64,000 bases of DNA from Takakia lepidozioides (taxonomy: Eukaryota; Plantae; Bryophyta): positions 80,848,001 to 80,912,000 of the forward strand of contig CM060732.1 in the NCBI GenBank assembly GCA_030704615.1, in the 5' to 3' direction. The notes below the pieces were generated by a model. It saw nothing but the letters and a program-made list of their open reading frames with translations, made no database searches and was not told the DNA's origin. This document shows positions 50,888 to 62,300 of this stretch, one piece after another. The translations under genes were made by a program, and so were the position numbers. How positions within the stretch are numbered: position 1 is the first letter of the stretch; every line of letters begins with the position of its first letter.

Positions 50888-53800
50888 ATGGAGGTCAAGC
50901 AACCGGGGGAGGAGGAGGAGCAGGAGAAAGTAGCAGGGTTTATGGAGATAGTAGGAGAGACATCGGAGCGTGCCCGACAGTTTCTTGAGGCGTGTGCCAA
51001 TCTATTACACCACTCTTTTTTTGCGTTCTCTTTTTCTGGCTTTTCTTCTTGCGCTTGGGACGGTTCTGTCTCACTGGAGCATTGAGTGATGGTGGAATTC
51101 GATGCAGTAGAACGAGGGACGGGGCAGATTCATATGTTAAGGAACATTCATGTCGTTTTGGTGTTTAAGCGTGACGTGTGTTGCTAGCTGGATTTGCATG
51201 GAGGTTGATTCCGGTGCGATTGTTTGCCTTCCCGATATGCTTTGCGATCTTTCGGAGATTTCTTTCTCCGAACCGAATCATGTGTAACCGGTTTTTTTAA
51301 TTCTGTGTTTCTCTGGTATCTTTTGTACGTTTGGATTAGTGTGTGCGAATAACGGAAAGAGAGAAGACACTGTGCGGAAGCTAGAGGGACCGAAGAGGGA
51401 AGGGTTCGAGGCACTCTGTCGACATAAACTGAGACAATCTAATTGTTGGAGTAAAATTGGCATATCGTGGGATTTATTGCTTTGCCCTCTCCTTTTCGAA
51501 GGTTTCTGCACTCTCCCAAGGAAGGGCTGAGTACTTTTACCTAGGGATCTTGCAGATTTCAATTTCATCTCACGAATGAATTTGGTAATATACAGCACAA
51601 TCTTTTACTAGGGTTGAGGAATAGTAGTTGCTCTGGAGTCCGACAAAGACTGCTGTGGGCAGTAAAGGGGAGGAGTCCTGGTCAAGGTGTGTCAGTTTTG
51701 TTGGACAACACACCTTGAATGTCCATTTTCTAGAGCGTTCCACCATGGCAGCAAAATTTGTGACAAAAAAGTCTTATCGGGGATTGATCTTCAGAATACT
51801 GAACTTCTCCTATTAACCACCACTCTTTCTCAGTAGCACCAACTTTGTGTATGGCCAGGAGTGTGGGGGTTGCATAATAACAGCATGTGATCAGTAAGCT
51901 AGTCTTACATCACCTAACTGTTACCCTGAAGCTGTAGTTATGATTGCCTTTGTCTTCCGGTCCTACTATTTCGGCACTTCCTTGGGAACACTTTTTGGGA
52001 GATGTATTTGTGTGGGCACTTGCGGCAGTGAGAAGGAATGTTGGCTCTTAAGAGCTTTTAGGGGAATCAGACAATTTTAACTTCCAATTTGAAAGTTTCT
52101 AGTTGTGGCGAAATGGTATGGGTATGGAAAACTGCACTTGTCAGGTTCTTAGCTGTTGGCCATGTTGCTTGCCATTGCCCTAAAATGTCTGCTGTATGGT
52201 CTACTTGGGTGATAAGGGAGCTGGTTTATCCTCTTTCAAGTTTGGTCAGAAGCCATGATACAGAAGCCTCAGCTCATGGCATTGCTCAGACATGCTGGAT
52301 GGACGCCAAAACTTTGGACTAGGGTTTTTCTGGGGCTTTCCCACAAAAAACCCTAGCAAAGCTTGTGTGTCATTGACATGTGGAATATTTCCAAGTCCAG
52401 GCGCAATTTCTATATTAACCTCAAAAAGGTTCCTTGGTCTCTGTTGAGATGCCTGAAAGTGCATCTGGCTTGGGTCCTCCGTGAGGTGACTCCACAGCAT
52501 ACTGTTGATAGTTGAAGTCTTTAGGGCTTGCTGTTGGTTGAAATACTTAAGCTCTGTAAAAAGACACTTTTGCAGCTACCCAACTGACAAAATGTCTGCA
52601 GAGCGTGATCCTTACTAGTTAGAGAACGTTCTTTCTTATGTGATATTTTGAGAAGTGTGCTAGCTAACTGACCAGAATGCAAGGGCTGCTTATGGCAGCA
52701 CTGACCTTTTTTTGAGACTTTCACCTCTTCTGTGATCTGTTATGGTCCTCTTTTGAAGTAATGCTCCTGTATGCCTTTAGCCTGCATAATGCACCATACC
52801 GTGTTGCTGATTCTGATATTTTTACTTTGTATGTGCCAAACAGGCCACAGGTTGGCACCTGGAGGAAGCTATACAACTGTATTTTGCTGAAAGTCATGAG
52901 GGGGGAGGTTCAAGGGGGCCCTTGTCCACCTCTGTCTCAGTGCCGTCTGGATCCTTGATCCCAGCAGGACCTAGTTCACCCGGTCCTCAGCCTCTTGGGC
53001 CCACGGCTTCAACAGACAGGTAATTCGCAGATTGTTGTAGATTTTTCTCTTTTGGAATGATCATAGAAATGATTACCTTTTCTTGTATATCAGAGAACTC
53101 TGTTTAAAAATTGAGGTGAAGGGGTAGACCAGTTTATGTCTAGTACTCTTCAGTATGTCGAGTACATAGTCTATTTTTTCTACTGTTTTTCTTGGAGAAC
53201 TTATGAAGAGCTGCAGCGAAGTGAAAATCATTTCTTACTATCTCGACAAGTGTTCTGATGTTTCAAACCTAGTCAAGAGATGTCCTGTTTGTGGGACAAC
53301 CATCTTTGAATCTGGCATTTGGTTTGCAGCTCGAGAGATGTTGCCGGGGATGATTATGTGCGGCCGCCATTGCCTGTGAAAAGGGAGGCATTATATGAAG
53401 ACATTTTCCAGTATAGGTACCTGTCTTGCTACCTTTTGTGTGTGCTATCTTGATGGTTTTCTGTACAAACCACGAGGTTCTTTGCCATCAATTTGGTTTG
53501 CATGAATGACTCCAGAATATTGTTAAGAAAGGGCTTGTTGGGATGGTTTGCCCATCTGGACAGGTACTTCGGAGTCATGCACTGGCATAAAACAATTTGG
53601 CAAATGGTTGCTGGGAGCCCAGGGTCAATTGTTCAGGGAACTGAAGTGATTATGCCTGGACTGTGGTGGCCTAAGGTCTCATGCTGAGGGAATGATTTCT
53701 GCTTTGGCTTGTATGTCAGGGCACATCGAATGGCACAAACGCCAAATCAGCCCACATCTGTGGATGCTTTTCGTAACTTTGAAGATGAAGCTAGTCAGCG

Positions 53801-56800
53801 GCCTGGATGGGGCACAGGCGAGGCCAGCAGCAACACTAACATGGGCCTTGGGGCTGGGCTTCAAAACTCACTTGCGGCCCTTTATCGTCCACCATTTGTG
53901 CTCATATTTCAGGGCACTTTTGAGCAGGTTGCAATTGCACTTTCTCATGTTTGGTCATCACGAGGTTACTGCAGCTGGTTGAAGACTCTGTTGTGTTTGA
54001 AGTTCAGTAGAGAGAAAAAATAGGAAATAATTTGCTGACCTTGTACTTGCTTTTAAACTAGATCTGTGGATAAAAAAATGTAAGCAACTTCACCCTTGAC
54101 TCTCTTACATGTGCACATCTAGGAATATTTCCACATTCCTAGTATAGCTTTTTGAGCTTGGAGGACCTTATGTGCAGGCCAAAACAGAGGCTGCGAGACA
54201 AGGAAAGTGGTTGCTTGTGAACTTGCAGTCAACTAAAGAGTTCTCCAGCTACATGGTAAGAGCTGATCTCAGATTAAGGTTTCCTTGAGCATGTAGCAGT
54301 CATATGTGAAGCCATTAGTGCTGTAAGAGTAGTGGCATTTGTGCAAAGGGTTATGAAACAGTAAGACCATCAGTATCTATGGTCTTGCCTGCTTTCCTCT
54401 TCTGTTGGAATTGTGGACCTTAGATGCTAAACCATGCTATGCTATTAAAGATACTGCTGCATGATGATATCATAGGCATTGCATCTATGGCAGTTAGGGT
54501 GGTGTTGGATACCAGTTTGTCTGAGGGGAGAGAGTATGGCTTGGGTGGGCTGCAGTTAAACCGAGATACCTGGGCACATGAAGCAGTCAAGGAGACTATT
54601 GGCACCTCATTTGTGTTCTGGCAGGTCTGTACATGTATCACCCGGCACCTCCTTTCCCTTGTAAAAGCCTGGACAGAAATTTTCTTTGTTAATTTTAGGT
54701 CAGTTTATTTTTGTAACCAACACAAGCCTATGTGCCGGTGTTGAAAGGCCTATCATGTGTAACCCCTGGCATGCCTTTCTTGTGTAACCACTGGTGAAAA
54801 TGTCATTGGACATTACATCATAATATCCTTCTCACAAATAGAATAGTACAAAATTTCTGCCTGGTCTTTTACGAAGTGGAATGTACGAGGCTGCAGGATT
54901 TGCCTGATACACTCCACCATACATTTTTTGTTCCCTGTTACCAATGTCCTTGTCAGTGTCAGCTAGTTACTGCTGGAATACAATTCATTTCGAGATCCTT
55001 TTCAGACAAGCTTTCGGTGCAGGAGAAGGTAAGCTGGTCACTTATAAAGATGAGTATCAATATGTTGCAAAATTTGTGTATGCGAGTTTACTGGCATACC
55101 ATCACAGTGAAGGCCTATTCTCTTGTCCTCGGCTGTTGATGGGGAAAACGATCTTCTGATTTTTTTGTCTAATGTCTTTACATCTTACCAGGTATATGAT
55201 GACACAGAGGAAGGCAGAAAGGTGTGCACATATTATAAGCTGATTGGCATGCCAACAACACTGGTGCTGGACCCTCTCACGGGGCAGAAGATGCGTGCAT
55301 GGGAAGGCATGATTAGCGCCGAGCGCTTGTTGGAGGTAAATGCCTTGTATTCATCACTATGTACACTCCGTTGTCGTATTGCCACCTCCTAACACATGCA
55401 GGGAAAGGAAGGTCATTGGATGGCAAACTTACTTTGGTTTTACAAGTCTTCAAGCAACTGGTGGCAGGTTTTATCTGCATGGTAAACTAGGCAACCAGTT
55501 TGAGCCTGCCAACTGTCTGCCCCAGACGAGCCTTTTCCAGTTCTGCATTTTGTTGGTGAAATAAGAACAAAGTGCAATGAAAGACTTTCTCCATGGGTTT
55601 TATTTCGTGTATTAGGTTGAGGATGTAGTATGGTGGTTGAAGTGTACTAGACTTCTGATTGTTGAACCATATCATGCTGAGTGGTAGGCTTCTGTGGCTG
55701 GGCTTGATCGCAACTGACATTTGGGGCATCTTGCTTGTGGACCTCCCAGATTGAACTTTTGTAAACACCAAAAATTGTCTCTTGCAATGTGTGATGAGTA
55801 TTGCCTTAACAAGGCTTATGGTGTGCTTTTATTCATCCCTTGGGTATCTTGGTCATGTAACCCTACAAATACTTGGCCCCTCAAATCTACTAGGTGGTGG
55901 CCCAATGCAGGACTTGGTGCCGTACATGGACAGGGGTCCAATGGAAAGGCAACCCCTTGGTGTTCCTCCTCAAAAACGTGCGCGAGAATCAAGTCAGCAG
56001 TACATGCAACCCTCTAAAGATGGTACTGTTTTCTCTTTGCTCTTAGTGGATACCTGACCTTGCCTTAATTGCAGCATCTGCTCATTTGTCGATGTGTATT
56101 GCATTTGCAGGCCCATCATATGAAACAAGTTCACCCCTATGACTTTGGACTTGGACAGGTCGTGCTAATCGGATGTTTCTGGATGGACCATGTCAAATGT
56201 GCCATACAAGTATCAGCCAATTGTCATGCGTCTGTTAATCCAGCTATCTTTCTATGATGTAAATGTCTTTGTAGATGATAAACCTTGTGGTAACATTCCA
56301 TTTTGCTTCAAGATTTGCAGATATTGCGCATATTGGGATATCGGTTGACCAGGATGAGGATGAAGAACTGCGACGAGCATTGGCTGCTTCTCTGGAGAAT
56401 GTAAATGCACTAGTGCCTGATGCAGGGAACCAGGAGACAACAAAGGTAGTAGAGGGAGTGGCTGATGGTCAATCTCAGGCAGATAATGTTACTTCAGAAG
56501 CTATAAGACCCATAGCCTACCCAGAGTTGCCAGAGGAGCCTGATAGTCGTAACCTCGCAGCGTGTCGGGTGGCTGTGCGGTTTCCAGACGGCAGAAGGGG
56601 CCAGCGAAGATTTTTGAAGTCGGACCCTATCAAGGTAGGTCTTATATCACTGAATGTCATGTATTTTCTATGCTCAATTTGTCTGTCAAGATCAGTTAGC
56701 TGATAGCTGTTAGCTGTCTGTCATCACACCATCTTAACTGCATGGCAGCTTGAATGTGCTGGCTAAGTGTGTCCTGAGTTTGGAGTTCTTTAAAAAGGAC

Positions 56801-57110
56801 TTAAGTATAATTTTGGCATTCCTGGAACCAAGCTGCATGCTAAAATCCGCAGTGGTGTTGAACAACGATGGTCCAATCAATTAAAATGTGAGCTTTTGCT
56901 CCACCTTTCGGCCATGCTCACACATGGGTGTCTGGGTGGCAGTTTTTGTGGACCTTTTGCAGTTCCCAAGTGAAGGAAGCTGCTGAGGGACGGAAGTTTC
57001 ACTTGAATCACACTATACCAGGGGCCACAGGCATCCTAGATTACAGCTCAGATGCAAGCATGTTAGAAGCAGGAGTCGCAAACTCCATGCTTTCCATGAC
57101 CTGGGATTGA
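50888..57110 (+). CDS. PUX7: Plant UBX domain protein PUX7-like (UBA-like, UAS, UIM, UBX); 10 exons
   Basis: Exons 50888-50989 (GC donor), 52844-53019, 53330-53416, 53720-53927, 54178-54255, 54556-54624, 55192-55335, 55911-56022, 56321-56634, 56943-57110. Motifs ARQFLEATGWHLEEAIQLYF, VRPPLPVKREALY, LAALYRPPF, KWLLVNLQS..EFSS.MLNRDTW, EDEELRRALAASLE, CRVAVRFPDGRR.QR.FLK, AGVANSMLSMTWD. Confidence 0.93.
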
Positions 57111-58158
57111 CTTCGTGTAAATCTGCTTCTTGCACATTTGCACCAATTTTCAAACCCACTCTCAAAATTCAAACTAGTACAGAAGTCTCACAGTGGGTAT
57201 CTCGTTCTCATATTAACAGGTTGCCTACGATGTGTCTCTATTTATGATGGTGATCATGTAGATGCATCTGCAGTACTGTTTGTTTTCTCTTGTTTTGTTA
57301 GATGCATTATTGCCAGGTGTGGTACTGTTTGGTTTCTCCTATTTTCTGAGCTGCATCTGGTTGCCAGATAAACCATTGTGGTCTTTAGTGGTGGCAGCCT
57401 CTTGCTTGGATTGTAAGTATGATTAGGCAGGTCACTCATAAGTCCGTGGATGTAGGTTGTCCACATCTGTAGACAACATTAGTTGCAAATGTAGAGGAGC
57501 AGTTCCAGCAAAATCTCTACACTTGATAACCAAATCTGTGATGAAATGAAGCTAGAGCAGCACTGGCGGTAGCTTGAAGTGCCCAAAAAAATGCAGTCAC
57601 TGCACCCACTATTTTTTTGGTTAAGGCTGGTCTGTAGATTGCTCTTATCTGAAGGGTAAAAATGGGTCTTGAAGGGCAACCTGCCTGGCAAATCCCATAT
57701 GCGTAGAGGGCCTCATAGCCAGCCCACATAACATAATTGGTAACCATGTGTTCTAGTCTGTCTGCATCCCTCTGGTCATGAGTATGTCTTCCATTGACAA
57801 TCGTTAGTGTGAACTTCCCACACGAAGAGAAAAAAGAATGGCTGGGCTCTGCATCATGTTGGAGGACAGAACTTAGGAGCCTGCAAGCACCCTGGAAGTT
57901 CACCTCGGAAAATACCATCTTTATTCTGACTGGACAAGTAAAGAGAGTTGGGACAAGTAAAGAGAGTTGGTGCGTCTGACTAATGTCACAGTTTTAAGAG
58001 ATGAAGTTGGATATTTTTGTATTAAACCGACAATCAGTAGGGAAAGATGGTAAAGCTCTGTTTGGACAAAACTACAAGCTATTGAAGATATATGACGAGA
58101 ATGTACACACAGCAGACTGGTCAGTCACCTTTTGTCAAGTATAGGTGACAACCTGCCA

Positions 58159-59208
58159 CTACTGTTTTGCAAAAAAGGCAAACAAGTTGCTTTGCTTTTC
58201 AGACACGGTATTCTTCCCGGTGCCCTTTGGGGACCTCGTTAACTGCCTACGCTTCGAGTCCTTTGCAACCTCGGATTCTATCATTCTCTTGGGTGCTAGT
58301 GGACTCCTGGTCAGAGATTTTTCGGACTTGGGAGAAGCTCCCTGTACAATGCCCCCTTTCCCTTCAAGATGGGGTGATACTTCCCTGTCCCCTTTCTCTA
58401 CCACGGACAGTTCATCACGCCCTCCCTTTGTTGTTGAGTTCAGTTGCATCCCTTGAAACTCCCCGGCATGTTCTGAATGCGGGGGCAGACTCACTCCCTC
58501 ACTTTTCTCATCCAACTGTGTTTGTAATGTTTCAGTGACATCCTGATCAGGTTCCATGCCCGCAATCAATGCCTTCTGCTCTTCCTCATCTAGGAGGACT
58601 TGGCCCTCCTCATCCATTGAACGCCTCTCACTCCCACCTCCTTGTGAATGAGTAGTTTTGCTACACGAATTGGTGTTCTGGATTGAAGTTTCCACAGCCT
58701 TCTTTTTGCTGAAGAGTTGGGCTATTGTGTTGACACTGGCAACCTTGAGCTTAAGCTGGGCAAATCCACCCCAATGGGAAAATTTGAAGACACGAGTCCA
58801 AGACCCTTTCCAATAAAACTAATGAAGGACTAACTCATATCTTTTGCAACAAACACTGGAAACGTACTAATGGTACAAATATGCAAGTGATGCACCCCAT
58901 GAAGAACTCTGAATCATTTCACTTTGGTGCCCTTTCCATTTGAAAGAGCAGATCAAAATATCACAGAATTGACTGAACTTCGCCAGAAAGTAAACAGACG
59001 CCTCCAACTGCAGTGAACCCACGAGATACATTTCTACAACAAGAAAGCTTGAGGTCTGTAGAAGGGGATACTTGACTGAAAACACCCCATAAATAGGTAA
59101 AATAGGTATTTTCTCATTCTTAAAAGTTGCAGAGAAAATTACCTCCTCAACACATTCAGGTCCATTGAATGCTGGTTTTCCCATCGCTGGAGTGACAGGA
59201 TACGAAAC
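58159..59208 (-). CDS. HMCES: Last two exons of abasic-site processing protein HMCES (SRAP domain); the rest lies beyond the window
   Basis: Exon 59143-59208 VSYPVTPAMGKPAFNGPECVEE (SRAP C-terminal YPVT..MGK..F.GPEC motif) splices to 58159-58755, a disordered tail ending in the PIP box QSNLFAFF. Confidence 0.85.
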
Positions 59209-59293
59209 CTACAAAAGTCACCAAGTTTTATATTAATTTCTTGGTTGGAGGAAAGAGCAGGGACAAGGCCCTTGACGCAATACTGAACAAAAA

Positions 59294-59296
<3 letters not shown>

Positions 59297-59367
<71 letters not shown>
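59297..59367. repeat. (CT)n microsatellite, ~35 units
   Basis: Direct reading. Confidence 0.98.
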
Positions 59368-59370
<3 letters not shown>

Positions 59371-62300
59371 TCCCTGTCCTCTAGGAAGCCTATTGACATT
59401 GGGTGGACTTGAAACGGGAGTACATTAATGTCTCTGTGACTAAATGCCGGCCTTGCGACCTCGTGTCCTTGTTTGTTTCGACCTGAAGCGCTTTGCTTCA
59501 GGTAAGGTAGTGCATTGGATTTAGTTGGAAAGCTTGGGGCCTTTCCCTCTTTAGAATATGCCTACACGGGCCATTCCCTGCAACTCCCTGGAGTGTGATC
59601 TCTGAATGGTAACAAGCGGACTCCTACCGCTTGGGGGCAGCCCCTCCGCCCAAATTGGGCAGTCGTATGCTCTGTCTACCATACTCGGCACTTGGGCTCG
59701 GGTTGGTTCCTGTGCTTAAAATTATGGCCTGCGAAAACAATCAAAAATTTAGCTCCTATCAACATCAACACTCCTCAGGGTGATCCCTGGGAATTGGTTA
59801 ATTATGCCAAATCTAGGGCTTCATGTGTAGTTTTTGGGGTGAATCCCAGGATGGACGATGTGTCCTTTAAAACTACATGCTCTAGCTTAGGCTTGGATTT
59901 CATGGCTAATGGTACCATCTCGAGACTTGATAACAGGGGTACGTTGAAGGTTGCAATGACCAAAAGTGCTTCTAATAGAGTCCCGCATCAATTCAATCTC
60001 AAAGAAGTTCGTCCCTTGACTGGCTGGAGAGCGGTCTTAGACATTGGTGATTCAATGGGGCGCTCTAGGAAGACAACCAAGGGCAACAACTTCAACTTGA
60101 GAGTTTCTAATCGGTTTGATGCTCTGGATGAGGTTGAATCCAAACAGCCAGACGGACAAGTTGCCCTAAGTGTACAGAACCTGAACGTCCTGAATCTGAA
60201 GGATTTGGTACTCTGAATGGTTTACCAATCCTCAAGGTTTACACAAGACGAACAAATTCTATACACGGGGTAATTGTCCCAAGCCGTCAGATGGACAATC
60301 TGTCCCTACGTGTGCAGAGCCTGAACGTCGTGTAACTGAAGGATTTGGTACTCTAAATGGTTTACCAATCCTCAAAGTCTACACAAGACGAGCAAAATCT
60401 ATACACGGGGTAATTGTCCCCAAGCAGTCTGACGGACAATCTGCCCCTATGTGTGCGGAGCCTGTGCGTCGTGTAACTGAAAGATTTGGTACCCTGAATG
60501 GTTTACCAATTCTCAAAGTTTACAAAAGACGAGCAAAATCTACACATGGGGTAACTGTCCCCCCTTTGCAGAACGGTTGGCCGCCCAGGAGCAATCACAA
60601 GCTACCTAGACGACAAACAATTCACACGCAAAGGGCTGGCTTGCGGCTGGCCACTTTCAATTCTCAGGGTTGACCAACCAAAGGAAACAACTTGAAGTGG
60701 GACAAGTTCTTCGGGACTAATGATATTCATATCTGTGCTGGGCAAGAAACATGGGAAACGTCGGATAAAAACTGGTTGGAAGATGTCATTGGTTATAAAT
60801 GGGCAGGTAAGATGTGTACTCTCAAGGCAGCCTCTGCCAAACGCGGTCAAAAAGGGGTCGGATTCTTTGTCCGTGATTTCTTGTTTGACAATTGTGAAAT
60901 ATAACAAGGGTTTGAGTACAAGCATAGTATCTGGCTAAAACTGAATTTGAAGGGCGGCATGAGTACAAAGGACCTCTTTGTTGGTTGTGTTTACATGCCC
61001 ACAGAGGGGACCCTTAGTGCTGACGCAGACAAGGCCTTCGAAGATGTAAAGCTGGACTGTGCTTTGTTCCTTGCCAAAGGTCAGGTGGTACTATTGGGGG
61101 ACTTCAATGCCCGGGTGGGCAAAGGGATCCATCAGGACGATATCATTGGACCTTTTGGTGAGGACGAGCTGAATTCTAATGGCAGACGGTTAATTAACTG
61201 TCTAGAAGAGCTTCAGCTTTTGACCTTGAATAACAGGACAAGAGGTGACCAAGTGCAGTGGACTCGTGAGAAATCCCAAACTGGGGAACTTCCATTGTGG
61301 ACTATATCATAATGGACAAAATTTTGTTCCCCCAGTGTGCCAATGTGTTGATCAACAGAACTGATATTGGTACTCTGACCACTTCCTGGTTTGGACTGAG
61401 ATCAAAAGGTGTTTCCCACCACCAAGAGATCTGTGAAACGTTCGATTCAGAAGTGGCGCATAGAAAAATTCCACAATGAGGACGTCAAGGCTGAGTACGT
61501 CCAGGCCTTGCAAGAGGCTCTCCCTCATTTTGTCCAATCGCTCCAAGAACTTCAGTCACGCTCTGTTAACGCAAGAAAGAAATGAAGTCGAAAGAGCAGT
61601 GGACTCTTGGGAGAGTTTCGTTTCCTCCGTGGTGACAAGATCATTTGGAGGAAACTAATTGTCGCGGTAGAGTAGTTAATTGGTGGACTAATGAGATTAA
61701 ACTCAAGATAGCTGAGAGACGAGCCCTCTATAAAGAGTGCTACAATTGGAAACCAACAGAGAATTGTGGGCGAGGTTACCAGCTCCGTAAAGATATCAAC
61801 AGCTTGTTAGGTCTCAGAAGAAAGTATACTGGGACAAGTCTACTTACAGTGAAAAGACTCAAACCACCATGGTGGTAATGACAAGAAATTCTGGTTGCCC
61901 TTAAACGTTTGTACAAGCCGAAAAACGGTCAGCAAGTACAAAGCGCTGAAGACTACTAAGGTGCAGGTGCAGTGGTGACTTCATCGGTTGACATTGTCAA
62001 AACCTTTGAAACTCACTACAGTATCCTTGGCAGAACTTCTAGGTCTAACAGTGAGGGGTTCTGCTGAATGGAGGGACACAGTTGGAAAAACTGTCCTATG
62101 ATTCAAAACAGCCCTGATGAACTGGAGTATATTTCAATGGCTTATAATGCTCCCATTAGTTCTTCTGAGATTGTGGGAAGCAATTGAACATTTAAATGGA
62201 TATAAGCTGGTGGACCTGATGGTATTGTCAACGAGCTTATCAAGCACGGTGGCGATCCCATGATAGAGGCCCTAGTTCTCCTCTTTAACCTTATCTGGAA

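Noticed and set aside
59570-59665. HDV-like ribozyme at the LINE 5' end
   Set aside because: GCCATTC/GAATGGT and two further hairpins form, but I could not build the P2/P3/P1.1 nested pseudoknot.
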